The position numbers and the translations under genes were made by a program. A stretch of 64,000 bases of DNA from the human T2T-CHM13v2.0 reference genome, Homo sapiens. Each line of letters opens with the position of its first letter. Position 1 is the first letter of the stretch. Positions 53,205-64,000 of this stretch are shown here, one piece after another. The stretch spans positions 37,280,001 to 37,344,000 of the forward strand of contig CP068257.2 of NCBI GenBank assembly GCA_009914755.4, read 5' to 3'. Below the pieces are notes generated by a model. That model was not told the DNA's origin and made no database searches. It saw nothing but the letters and a program-made list of their open reading frames with translations.

Positions 53205-53395
53205 CATTTCCATATGCCAGGCACTAATCCAAGGGCTTTGTATGAAGTAGCTTATTTCATTCTCAAAGCAACCCAAGGAGGTGGAGTACTATTGTTACCT
53301 CCACCTCCAGGAAGGAGAGTGAGACACAAAAGTTAAGTAACTTGCTCAAGGTCATATCGCTAGTAAGTGATAGAGCCAGGATAGAAGCCCATATC
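53205..53395 (-). mobile_element. MIR SINE
   Basis: 'atgccaggcactaatccaagggctttgtatgaagtagcttatttcattctcaaagcaacccaaggaggtggagtactattgttacctcc...aagttaagtaacttgctcaaggtcatatcgctagtaagtgatagagccaggatagaagccc' matches MIR ('gccaggcactgtgctaagcgctttacatgtattatctcatttaatcctcacaacaaccctatgaggtaggtactattattatcccc...gaggttaagtaacttgcccaaggtcacacagctagtaagtggcagagctgggattcgaaccc'). Confidence 0.7.
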
Positions 53396-54840
53396 AATCA
53401 TTTACTCCCAGGTTACGTGGATTTTTCGATATTTACTCTGCAATACTGCCTTTTTGTCAAACAATAATACAATGCTGACATGTGTTGCCTGTCCTGCCTC
53501 CTTTCCTTCCCAAACTGCTCTCCCTCCCTTCTACACAGTTCTCTCCAGTGGATGTCATGGCCATGTGATCCACTTCACCCACCCTAGAAGTGGGCAGTCA
53601 CTCAGGCCTATGAAATTGTCCCACCCCAGTCCCACCCCCACACACTGTGATTGGCCCAGAGCTGGCCCAATCAGAGTTCTTTGGGGGAACTGAAATGGAG
53701 CTTAAGGTAAGAGGTCACACTTGGTCTGGAGGTCCTACTATGTAGTCACAGAAATTACTAGGGACCATCTTGAAGCCATATGAAGAAAATCTGTGAAACT
53801 GAAGATAAGCAGAGGCAGCTACAGCTGAGACAGTCGTCTCGATGATGTCATCTGAGACTCTGGATCCAGCTGGACCCAAAGCCCCTCCTTTCCTTCTGCC
53901 TTCCCTTTTTTCTTAAGCCAGTCTGAGCTCAGTTTTTGTCACCTGCATCTGAATAAGTCCTGACCCAAACAAATATCTAGATAGTATTAGTTGACTCTAT
54001 GAAGGCCTAGTATCTATGGACCAAAATGGTCTTGATTTTATTTAATTTCTATTAATTGAGTGAGATGCTCTTTAATCCAGCATTTGCATCTCCTCAGCAT
54101 GAACATGAAGAACAGAAACAAGGGCAGACCTTATTTCAAAATGGAATCTCAAGATATGTTTGGCTTCCGGGGGAAAAAAAATGCCTTATTGACTTTAGCA
54201 TGAAGGATGGGCTTCGTGGCATCTTCACCCCCAAGCATCAGTGCTCCGTGCTTGTTCTGAACGACAGAACAGGGCCTCATCCATACCACTGATTCAACAC
54301 AGAATGTATGGCTCATTTCCTTTGCTTCAGAGAAAGCATTTAAATGGTAAGATTGGTGAAACTCTCAATGACTTTTGCATTTTCAACACCTTTGTAAGAT
54401 CTAACTCAAGGCTGATAGCATACATGCTCAAGAAGTAGTATTGATTGATTGAAAGAGCATAGGTGACAGGTGTCAGATACATGAGATGGTTCTTTGATTT
54501 TGAACCACGTATTATTAACCATGAGTATCCACTGAAAAGCTTCTGATTATAAGCAATTCTTAGTTTCACGTTTTAAGCTGGAGAATAATCGTTTTGTATT
54601 TATTATGAAAATTTGCTGTATATGAAACAACTCAAGTTACAGCAAAGAAAACTCAAAAAGTGCAAATGATCAAAAGCTTAGAGATGATGGAAGGGAAAAC
54701 TTCTCATTGTAATCTAAATAATACCAGCAATTTTTAATCGGCTCATTTGTGTTCCAGAAATGCAGGATGATTCAGAAAGGTGAAGTGCTTAGGATCTCAG
54801 AAACATTTCTTTTTATCTTTGGCTTTCTTTTTAAAACACT

Positions 54841-55190
54841 TAATATGGTTTGCCTGTGTCCCCACCCAAATCTCATCTTGACTTGTATTTCCCATAATCC
54901 CCTCGTGGGAGGGACCCAGTAGGAGGTAATTGAATCATGGGGGTGCTTACCCCCATGCTGCTGTTCTCATAAGATCTGAAGGTTTTATAAGGGGCTTTTT
55001 CTCCCTTTTCTCGGCACTTCTCCTTGCTGCTGCCATGTGAAGAAGAACATGTTTGCTTCCCCTTCCACCATGATTGTAAGTTTCCTGAGTCCTCTCCAGC
55101 CCTGCAGAACTGTGAGTCAATTAAACCTCTTTCCTTTATACCCAGTCTTAGGTACGTCTTTATTACCGGTGTGAGAACAGACTAATATAA
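54841..55190 (+). mobile_element. THE1 (MaLR) solo LTR
   Basis: 'taatatggtttgcctgtgtccccacccaaatctcatcttgacttgtatttcccataatcccctcgtgggagggacccagtaggaggtaattgaatcatgggggtgcttacccccatgctgctgttctcataagatctgaaggttttataagggg...ctgctgccatgtgaagaagaacatgtttgcttccccttccaccatgattgtaagtttcctgagtcctctccagccctgcagaactgtgagtcaattaaacctctttcctttatacccagtcttaggtacgtctttattaccggtgtgagaacagactaatataa'. Confidence 0.85.
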
Positions 55191-56174
55191 CACTCAAACA
55201 CAGTCTCAGAGATATCATCCCAGTGTTTTAGCCTTTCTGTTTGCATTAAAGAGTGGATATTTTATCATAACATGCATATTATTTCTGATTCATAGAACAG
55301 GAATGGAGCAACCAAAACAAAAGCTTTGGTTAATGAAAAACTTCATTGGCAGGAGAAAAAACTTCCTAAGTACAGCAAGTTTCCATACGTTTACCATAAA
55401 AGTAACCTAGACTCCACCTTGGAGCATGTAAATATACAGACTGTTCATTGTATATGTTGGCAATGGTTTAAAAAAAAAGAAGATTTGGACACATATCCTA
55501 TTAAAATGTAATTGCCACTTTTATCATTTACTCAGATAACATATGAAAGGACTGGTACACATTCATCAAGGAAGTAGTCATTTTATTACAGTCAAGTGAT
55601 GGGATGATGTATTGTGCAACGTGCCCTGCCTTCCTGGTTTATGGGACAGTTAGAGTACATTGCCCATGAGTGTTATCTACACACAGCTGTAAAGAGCTCT
55701 TTAAAGACCATCCAGAAACATCAACTAGTTAAATATCTCTATGTATAAGTTCATGTGTGTATATTTTTCAATTTCCTAATTATGTTTGTTTAAGAGCAAA
55801 CCCAGTTGAGTATCTTTAGACCCAAAAGTTGGATTTCAACTCTGAATCTAAAGTGAAATGGGAACTTTCCCCAGGGTTGAAACTTACATCCAGGGCAACT
55901 CCTAGAGATCCTATGAAGCCCTAAGAACCACAGATGTTAGAGTGAGATTCACCCGATTTTTTGATGGAGTGATTGATTCCCCTGTGCTCAGGACTGGGCT
56001 GAAGGCAGCATCTATTCCTAAATTCTGCTAGATTCTACAAGATGTTTTGTTTTGGTTTTTCTTCTTTTTACCATGAGGAAGTGGAGTCAGGTGCTGACCT
56101 TCAGGCCTTTGAACTTGCCTTAGCTACCAGCATTTTTCAAACTTCAACACTGTGACCATCACCTGGGGAATCTC

Positions 56175-56270
56175 ATGACAATGCAGACTCTGATTCAGCA
56201 GGCTGAGGGTGGGAGGAGGCAAAGGGGAATTCATCCCATCTGTCCACAGCCTTCCCATTGGAACCTAAGT
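56175..56270. mobile_element. MER5A-like hAT fragment (tentative)
   Basis: 'ctgattcagcaggctgagggtgggaggaggcaaaggggaattcatcccatctg' resembles the MER5A segment 'ctgaatcagaaactctgggggtggggcccagcaatctgtgtttt' or its palindromic partner. Confidence 0.3.
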
Positions 56271-58009
56271 CCCACATGCCTAGAAACTCCCTTGGCCAAA
56301 ATTTCTCTGAAGATAAATAAAATGGCAAGAGCCAGGGGTGCTTGCCATTTTCATCTGCCAAATGAGGTTATAGAAGACTCTGTTTTAGAAGGGCCACAGC
56401 CCAGAGGTCTAGGTGATGCTGAAAAATGACACATGGCCGATTCCCAAAGAAATGATAGAATTTCCCATCTAGCAAAGATACCAGAAAGCTGAACTCACCT
56501 TTCATCATTTTTAAAAAAGGATAACGTCTTTGGGAAGCTTTTCTTCCCATGAAATCTTACTGCCTTCCCAGGGTATCACATATTTAAAGTACAGCTGTGC
56601 TCATCGAAGGAGAGAGAGGACAGGGGAAGGTAAAACCTTTCTCCTGCCCTGTAGGGGCCTCTCCCCAGAATTCCTCAGGACCCACAGAGGAAAGCTGAAA
56701 TGCTTGGATTTAATACAATGCCCCATTTTTTTTAACTGAGCTGAACATAAAATTAAGCATTTTAAAAGGAAAGATTCGGTACATTCACAACATTGTGTGA
56801 CCACCACCTCTATCTAGTTGCAAAACATTTTCATCAACCCCAATAAGCACCAAACCCATTAAGCAATCAATCTCCAGTCCCTCCTCCCTTTACCCCATAG
56901 CACCACCAATTTGCTTCCTGTGGGTACAGGTTTACCTATTCTAGTATTTCATATCAATGGAATCGGACAATATGTGCCTTTTTAGATCTGTCATCTTTCA
57001 CTTAGCATAATGTTTTCAAGGTCCATCCACACTGTAGCACATATCAGGAGGTATTCCTTTTTATGGCTGAATAATAATCTATTGTAGGGAGACATTCGTC
57101 TCCCCATTGATGGACATTGGGGTTGTTTCCACCACCTTTTGGCTACTGCGAATTACTGTGTCTCTGAGCATTAGTGTGTAAGCACTTGAGTTTCTGTCTA
57201 CAGTTCTTTTGGGTATATACCTCCATGCTCCAATGCTATAGATGAAGAACCAGGCCACAAAAGATCTAGTGACTTGGCTAGGCTTACTCAGCAAGCTCAT
57301 GGCTATGCTGGACCCCAGGTCACCGAGTACCTGCTCCAGCTTCTACTGAACCCCAACATTCCATGAGAGCTTGGACTTGGCCCCACCTCTCCACTTATGG
57401 CAATGCCAGTTCCCTGGCTGGGAAAGCCCTCTCTGGTTTTCTTTCCCTTCCAAATCTTCCCACTCAGATCTCAGCACTCTATCCTCCTTCCCCACAAGGT
57501 GTTCCCTGACCACCCACAGCCCTTCCACTTCTTCCTCTAATTTCCAGTCTTATGATAATCTAATTATAAGTCCACATGGCACACAGTGTGTTTCACGGGT
57601 AATTTGGTGACTTGTGTTGACAGTAAGATATTTGAGGACAGGAGCTTAGCAAATCTTTATGACAGATTAAATACATGGGCAGAGGCTTGCAGAGCCAGAT
57701 GGGTGACTTCATCTGGTCTGCTGGCATCCACTTTGGCTGACATGACTAGCAATGTTACAGTCACTATACAGTTGACATGACGACATTCAACAACACCAAA
57801 AGGTCTAAACAGTGCTTTAGATCCCCTGGCTGGTGATGTTCACAGCAGCGAAGTCACCAGGAATATGCAAAGACACAACAAGCCTTGTCAACACCACCTT
57901 GCCACAGCTGGAGCCACTAAATATGTGGACAGAGTCCTGGCCCAAGAGTATAGCCCAGGAGAGGAATGGACATCCCTCTCCCCACCTTTGAGTAGAAAAT
58001 GACCAGTGA

Positions 58010-58308
58010 GCCTGGCACGATGGCTCATGCTTGTAATCCCAGAACTTTGGGAGGCCATGGTGGGCGGTTAACCTGAGGTCAGGAGTTTGAGACCAGCCTG
58101 GCCAACATGGTGAAACCCTGTCTCTACTAAAAAATACAAAAATTAGCCAGGCATGGTGGCAGGTGCCTGTAATCCCAGCTACTCAGGCGGCTGAGGCAGG
58201 AAAATTGCTTGAACCTGCAAGGCGGAGGTTGCAGTCAGCCAACATTGTGCCATTGCACTCCAGCTGGGGCAACAGAGCGAGACTCCATCTCAAAAAAAAA
58301 GAAAACAA
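58010..58308 (+). mobile_element. Alu SINE, plus orientation, with perfect 15-bp target duplication 'gaaaatgaccagtga'
   Basis: 'gcctggcacgatggctcatgcttgtaatcccagaactttgggaggccatggtgggcggttaacctgaggtcaggagtttgagaccagcctggccaacatggtgaaaccctgtctctactaaaaaatacaaaaattagccaggcatggtggcaggtgcctgtaatcccagctactcaggcggctgaggcaggaaaattgcttgaacctgcaaggcggaggttgcagtcagccaacattgtgccattgcactccagctggggcaacagagcgagactccatctcaaaaaaaaagaaaacaa'. The duplication is at 57995-58009 and 58309-58323. Confidence 0.93.
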
Positions 58309-59692
58309 GAAAATGACCAGTGAAGGCAACACAAAAGGGATCAATGACGTCATCAATTACAGGATCATGCTCGATTATCTAAAACTCAGTTTGCCCTGTT
58401 GTAGGACTTGATCTTTCATAGAGATTGTTATTACAGAAGTACTTTAAGGACTTTAGAAATATGCCAGTAAAACACACACTTTTTTTAAAATTCATTCCAG
58501 AGATTTCCATTCCCCAATGAGGTCCTCATCAGAGTCATCAAAGGAGCAGCACATCCAAGAAAGTCCAAAAGAGATAGACTTTTTTTTAATGATGCATTAG
58601 AAAACCTGACCCCAACCCCTGCCTTTCTTTGTCTACTTTATCACATTTGTAGGTTTAGAAAAGTTTGTCTTTCAGTCTCAAAACTTTTGGAAAAAATAAT
58701 GTCCCACTGTCTTTCATATCAAAAAGAAACGACAAGTGTGTTGATCGTACAGAGCCAATCTCCTCTTCACATAATGAATAAAGAGAAGTTTCCATTCATT
58801 TGGCCACAAAACAGGTCATTTTCTTCAAAATGTACACACTAAAACAATAAATTAAACACTTATGCTTCCAAGGGAGAATAGAAAGATAAGAGCAGGAGAC
58901 ATATGTGTGTCTTGATGGTGGGTGCCGGTGTATCCTGGGAGCTTAACCCTCACTGCAGATTTAATATTCACAAAAGCCCATTGAGGTGGGTACTATCATC
59001 TCTGTCTAACGGTGAGAAGATCAAGAAACTAAGGCTTGGGGAGAATAAGTCATGAACACCAACTTCCCATGTTAGGAACGGTGGGTTCAGGGTAGAAATC
59101 TCAAAGTTCAGCTTTTCCCACCACACTTGAAAGGAATTAGTAGAAATTAATGGCTTTACAGACCTCACAGCCACCAGTTTTTTGCTGTGGGACCTCCCCT
59201 GTGTCTGTCCTCTCCACATGTCTTGTGTCAGGCCCTGGAGAAGCACAGGGTGCCGCTACCTCTTCACCTGCTGAGCAAACCCTGTCATTGAAGCAACCAG
59301 GTGCTCACACGTGTTGTGAACACAAGACTCCAATAAGGGGACACCTGTGTGTATCCAATTTTCTACCAGCAGCAGCTTATCCACTGGGCATGAAAGGGAG
59401 GAAAACTACTCAGCCAGTCATTAGGTAAATACTCACTGCTTATCTCAATGCAAAAAAACAAGCACCCTTCTGCAGGAGTAAAAGGAAGTGTGGAAAGGTG
59501 AAGAGAGCAAGGGGCAGGAAGCAGACAGTTCAGAATCAGGAGCCTTCTCTGCTTGTGTGGACAAGCTACTCACACTCTCTTAGCCTCGACTTTCCTATCT
59601 GTGAGTGGGACTGGCAATCAAACCACACTACTATAAAAAGGATACGTTTGCCCAAAATAGCCAACAGGTGGAAGCAAACAGGCGAATAGATA

Positions 59693-60120
59693 AACAAAAT
59701 GTGGTCTCTACATACAATGCAATATTATTCAGCCTTAAAAAGGAAAGCGCTTCTGACACAGGCTACACCATGGATAGTCCTTGACGGCATATTGCCGAGT
59801 GAAATGAGCTAGTCACAAAAAGACAAATACTGTATGATTTCAACTTACATGAGGCACCTGGAGGAATGAAGTCCATAGAGACAGAAAGTAGAATGGTGTT
59901 TGCCAGGGGCTGTAGGGAATGGGGAGTTAGGGTTTCACGCATAGCAAATTTCACTTTTGCAAGACAGAAACAGGCCTGGAGATGGATAGTGGGGATCGTT
60001 GCACAGCAGTGTGAATGTACCTAGTATCATAGAACTCTCCGTAAAAATGGTTAAGTTGGAACATTTTACATTATGTGTACTTTACCACAATGGAAATTAA
60101 TAATGCTAAAAAAATAACAT
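59693..60120 (+). mobile_element. L1 LINE 3'-end fragment, old L1M-like
   Basis: 'aaacaaaatgtggtctctacatacaatgcaatattattcagccttaaaaaggaaagcgcttctgacacaggctacaccatggatagtccttgacggcatattgccgagtgaaatgagctagtcacaaaaagacaaatactgtatgatttcaacttacatgaggcacctggaggaatgaagtccatagagacagaaagtagaatggtgtttgccaggggctgtagggaatggggagtt...ctccgtaaaaatggttaagttggaacattttacattatgtgtactttaccacaatggaaattaataatgctaaaaaaataa'. Confidence 0.75.
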
Positions 60121-61079
60121 GTTTGCCATGATTCTGTCACTGTTGCTGAGGAGAAAAGAAACGCCTTGTACTGTGGACCCAATCAACTCAAATTAGAATC
60201 TCTTGGGATGGTGCCCAAGCACAGGCATGTTCTAGAGGCTCTATCACACCCACGCCAGAGCTGAGCATCACCCAACGAGCCGAGTGCTCAGGTCACGTTA
60301 GTGACTCATGTCCCTCAGCCTGACACTTACTCATGTTGCTGCAAAACAGCAGGATACATTGGGAGCACCCAGGCATCTGTGTGCATTGAATTAACTTTTA
60401 TTTAGCTCAACTCAAGAAACATTTCTTGCCTACCAACAGGGCTGGCATCACAGGCACCTGCAGGTAGTGCCACAGCGGGCGCCCTCAGAAGGCCCTGCTC
60501 GTGGTTTAATGCTCAGTGGCTGCCATTTTGAAATTCTTAACGATTTTTGAACAAGGAGTCCTGCATTTTCCTTTTGTACTGTGGGCCCTGCAAATTGTGT
60601 ATTTGATTCTGCCTACAAAACCAGATCCTGTTCTAGGCCTGGAGAAGCCAGAGATAAAAGGCAAAGTGGCTATGGAGAGGCCATAGGCTGCAGAATGCCC
60701 AGGGCAAGCTGAGGCCAACCCCATCAGGACCTCCTGGTCCACCACTCACCCCACCCCCTTCGCCTGGAGAGCCAGACATGGATTTGCCTGCAGAGGAGGG
60801 AGGAGGAGAACCCCTGACTGTGGGTGGATATAAACAAGCTCATGACGAGTGATAAGTAACATATGCAACAGGAACAATGATGCAAAACATCGGTGCACGT
60901 TGGGCTTTAGGACAGGGCAAAACTATACACAAAGCAGGCATCTAAGAAGCTAAGTTCTGAGTTCTCAGCTCACCCCATGCTCACTCTTCTTGCCAGCATT
61001 CATGGAACATCCACCATCGTGCACCGGAGTCCCCACAGCTTCCAGTCTCAATAAGCCATGGCCGCAAATAAGCACCACC

Positions 61080-61285
61080 AACCACTTACTGAAAGCTTCC
61101 TTCGTGCCAGGCACTGTGCTGAGTGCTTTATATAAGCAGCCGCAAGTGCTTCCCATCATGGCTTCCTAGCTGGCTATTAATTGAACTGTTTTACAGATGA
61201 GGACCAGGAATGATCAGAGAAACCAAGGAACTTTCCCAAGATTACGTAGCCAGTTAGCAGGTGATCAGATGTGAACTTGGGTCTT
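61080..61285 (-). mobile_element. MIR SINE
   Basis: 'cttactgaaagcttccttcgtgccaggcactgtgctgagtgctttatataagcagc...ctattaattgaactgttttacagatgaggaccaggaatgatcagagaaaccaaggaactttcccaagattacgtagccagttagcaggtgatcagatgtgaacttgggtc' matches the MIR core and 3' region. Confidence 0.6.
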
Positions 61286-64000
61286 TTGCTTTGAAATCTG
61301 TAACTTTGCCCTTCAATGTAAAATACCCTTAGGTTGAACCACATGCAGTTGGTGTTTGGCCGAATATTGTCAATTTCATCAGGCAGCGTGTGATGCAGCT
61401 GAAACTGAGACCATCCATAAGCCCTGTGGGAGGCCAGTGAACCCACAGATAAATCCAGATCACTCCCTGTTCTGTAAATCAGCGTGCCGGGCAAACAGCT
61501 CTCTTAAGCAGGGAAATGAAGGGAATAAAGAACAAACAAGTGGGAAGCTCTGTAAGAACAATATCCTGTGAGCAAGCTGAATGAAAGCACCTGCCTTCCT
61601 CCCTCAGCCCAAGCCAGCTTGCTTAATAAATTAGATTGCTTGTTTGTTAGAAGCACCTTTTTAAAAGGTGAGTGTAGACAGCTGCTCTCCAGATAATGAC
61701 ACTAAGCAGAGCTGTTGCTACCAAGCCACGCTAGAGATAAGGCTGCTTTCCCAGAAATACATTTCGGGGCAGGGCAAATTGAAAGTGTGTACTTCTCAGG
61801 TAATAGGTAATAAACATTCCGTTTTGGAGCTTTCTATATTGAGCTTCTGCACCTGGTCGCTGGAAGGCTATGGTGTCAGCACCAAGCCTGCAGATTGCTT
61901 TGTATATCAGCCACCCCTGTTTTTCCCCAGTAAAATACCACTCCCGGCTTGGCCGCCAGCTCCTTCCTCTTTCTTGGTGGAAATCTACTGCTTTCTTAAA
62001 CTGGTGCATGGAAAATTACATGGTCAGCGCCACACTCGGGGCTAGAAAAGCACACATCCCACAGTGATTTCAAATGATCCAGCCTTTCATCATTAAAAAA
62101 TAAATTCTGTGGGCGAGGAGAAAAGAATCGTGAGGCCCCTAAGCAGGTGACTCATTTCAGACAGAAATGCCAAAGCCATTTCTGAACAGATGGGTTGACA
62201 GGACACTTAGCAAATGCTGCTTTTAATTCTTTCTTGCACTCATTCATTCATTCAACAAATATTCCCCCAGGCTTATGGAGCATGGGGCACCACTGTAGGC
62301 ACTGGGGAAGTAGCTGCCAAATACAAAATAAAACCCAAAAAATCCCTTCTTCCCTGGAGCTTCCACTCTACAGGTGGAGACAGAGAGGAAACAGATAAGG
62401 AAACTCTAAGAGTTATGGGGTAAAGACAGCTGGGGGGGCGGTGCGGGTGGAGGGGTTGCCTTGGTGGAAAGGTGATCTTAGAGCAAACAGGGAGAGAAGG
62501 TGCAGAGGGAGCTCTGTGGTTACCTGGGGGGAAAATGGTCCTTCTACGCAGAGGGAGTGGGAAGGGCCTAGGGGGAAGTAGGGCCAGCTTGAGCCTGGGA
62601 GCCGTGTGGCTGTGGGCATGGAGTAAATGGGGATGAGCAGGTGAGAGGTGAGGCAGGTACACTGAGGCCAGGTGGCCACCAGCAGCACCTTGACTTTGCC
62701 TCTGAGTGGGATGGCACTCACTGCTCTGTGCAAAGGAAAGTCATGACTGGACTTGCTTTTTGCCAGACACACTTTGAGGCCAAGAGGGAGCAGGGAGAGG
62801 AATGTTGACATCATTGAGGTGTAGGATGATGGAGTAAGAGATGGACATGGTGGAGTGGGAGCAGAGGCCAGGGTCTAGCTAGGTGTCAATGGGGATGTTA
62901 CTGACAGAAAGACTCTACGATTCCTCCAGGTGGGGCATACCCTCAACATCAGCCCATGGATGGATGTTCCCAGACCCCAGGAGTCTCACCATAAATTCTC
63001 CCTGGGACAGACTGTGGGTGGCAGTGGTCGCCATCTGTCCTTGGCTGACAGGTGCCCAGAGCTGTGGCAGTGTCATTCCCAGCAGCCCCAGGATTAGGCT
63101 GTTATCTCTGTTTACCAACAGGAAGAGACACTCGGTGGAGGATTCAAGCTGATACAGGAGCCGTGGATTGCCACCTGCCTCTTCTCCTATGCCTGTCATG
63201 AGTACACACACCAGTCCTGTCTGCTGGCCAAGCCCCCTTGCTCCCAGGTGGGAGAACAATGTGTAGAAGCACAAATTATAAACTGATTCTTGTGTTCTCT
63301 AAAGACAGTCTGTTTTTCAGATCATGATTAGGAATGAGTAAACGGTAAGTCTCAAAGTTTTCAGGGGCTTATTATACAGGGCCTATCAGAGTAAAAATAG
63401 AAATTACAACAGCCCAACATGGAAGAAAGTTTTCCTTCCTCACTCCCAAACTTCAAACAGAGTCCGAGGGTTAGGAGGTGGGCGTAGCTTTTTGGGGGGC
63501 CACAATTCAACCCATTCCAGCTAACTTGATTGAGTATTGATGCCTTTTAAACAAGCAATGGAGTGATCATCGGAGATGAAGAAGCAATTTAAGCTCAACC
63601 CTCAAATGCAAACCCTTCCAAAGCAAACATCCTAGGAGGTGCTACTTGAGTTAACCTCGGAGATGATTAACCTGGGTTTTGCACCACTGCCCTGAGCCAT
63701 TTTCCACAGAACAGAACAGAACAGAATTCTTTATTATGTTTCTCAAGATGCTACTTTTCTACACTGCAGTTATTTCAGGCATGACTCATGTTAAAATGAG
63801 TGTGATAAGATTTCTTGGTAAAACCCCTGGGAGGCTTTGAGTAGAGAGTTTTTAACAGTAGCTACCCCAAGCAAGGCAGCTGGAGTGGGTTGAATGGTTC
63901 CTCCCCAAAAGATCATCCCTGTCCTAACCCTTGGACTCTGACTGTGACCTTATTTGGAAAAAGAGAGTTTACAGATGTAACTAAGTTTGAGATCTCAAAA

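Overview
This window is primate (almost certainly human) nuclear genomic DNA, not a prokaryotic or phage region. No bacterial-style systems (operons, CRISPR arrays, defence islands) are present. Roughly half of it is interspersed repeats: at least 13 Alu or Alu-monomer SINEs, several with readable target-site duplications; four THE1 solo LTRs and five MLT1/MST-type MaLR LTRs, named from remembered consensus; four to five L1 3'-end fragments; one Tigger-type non-autonomous DNA transposon with inverted termini and a TA duplication; several MER5/MER20-like hAT elements; and several MIR SINEs. There are also many microsatellites and low-complexity tracts. I cannot support any protein-coding exon, tRNA, rRNA or other RNA gene from the sequence alone. 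Every long ORF in the six-frame track falls inside repeats or low-complexity DNA and is an artefact. The most striking feature is a ~1.6 kb degenerate array (17461-19092) whose + strand is almost only A and C. It is bordered by a CpG-rich segment on one side and a CT tract on the other. Other points of interest are layered TE insertions (THE1 inside an MLT1 with a 5-bp duplication; Alus inside MLT1s; two THE1 LTRs inside one MIR), the fact that all nine MaLR LTRs lie on the + strand, and a few motif clusters (octamer/CCAAT/TATA; TAAT/GATA/E-box) that might be regulatory. I could not assign a locus or gene name. TE family names are from memory, not from a search, and should be confirmed with RepeatMasker/Dfam.
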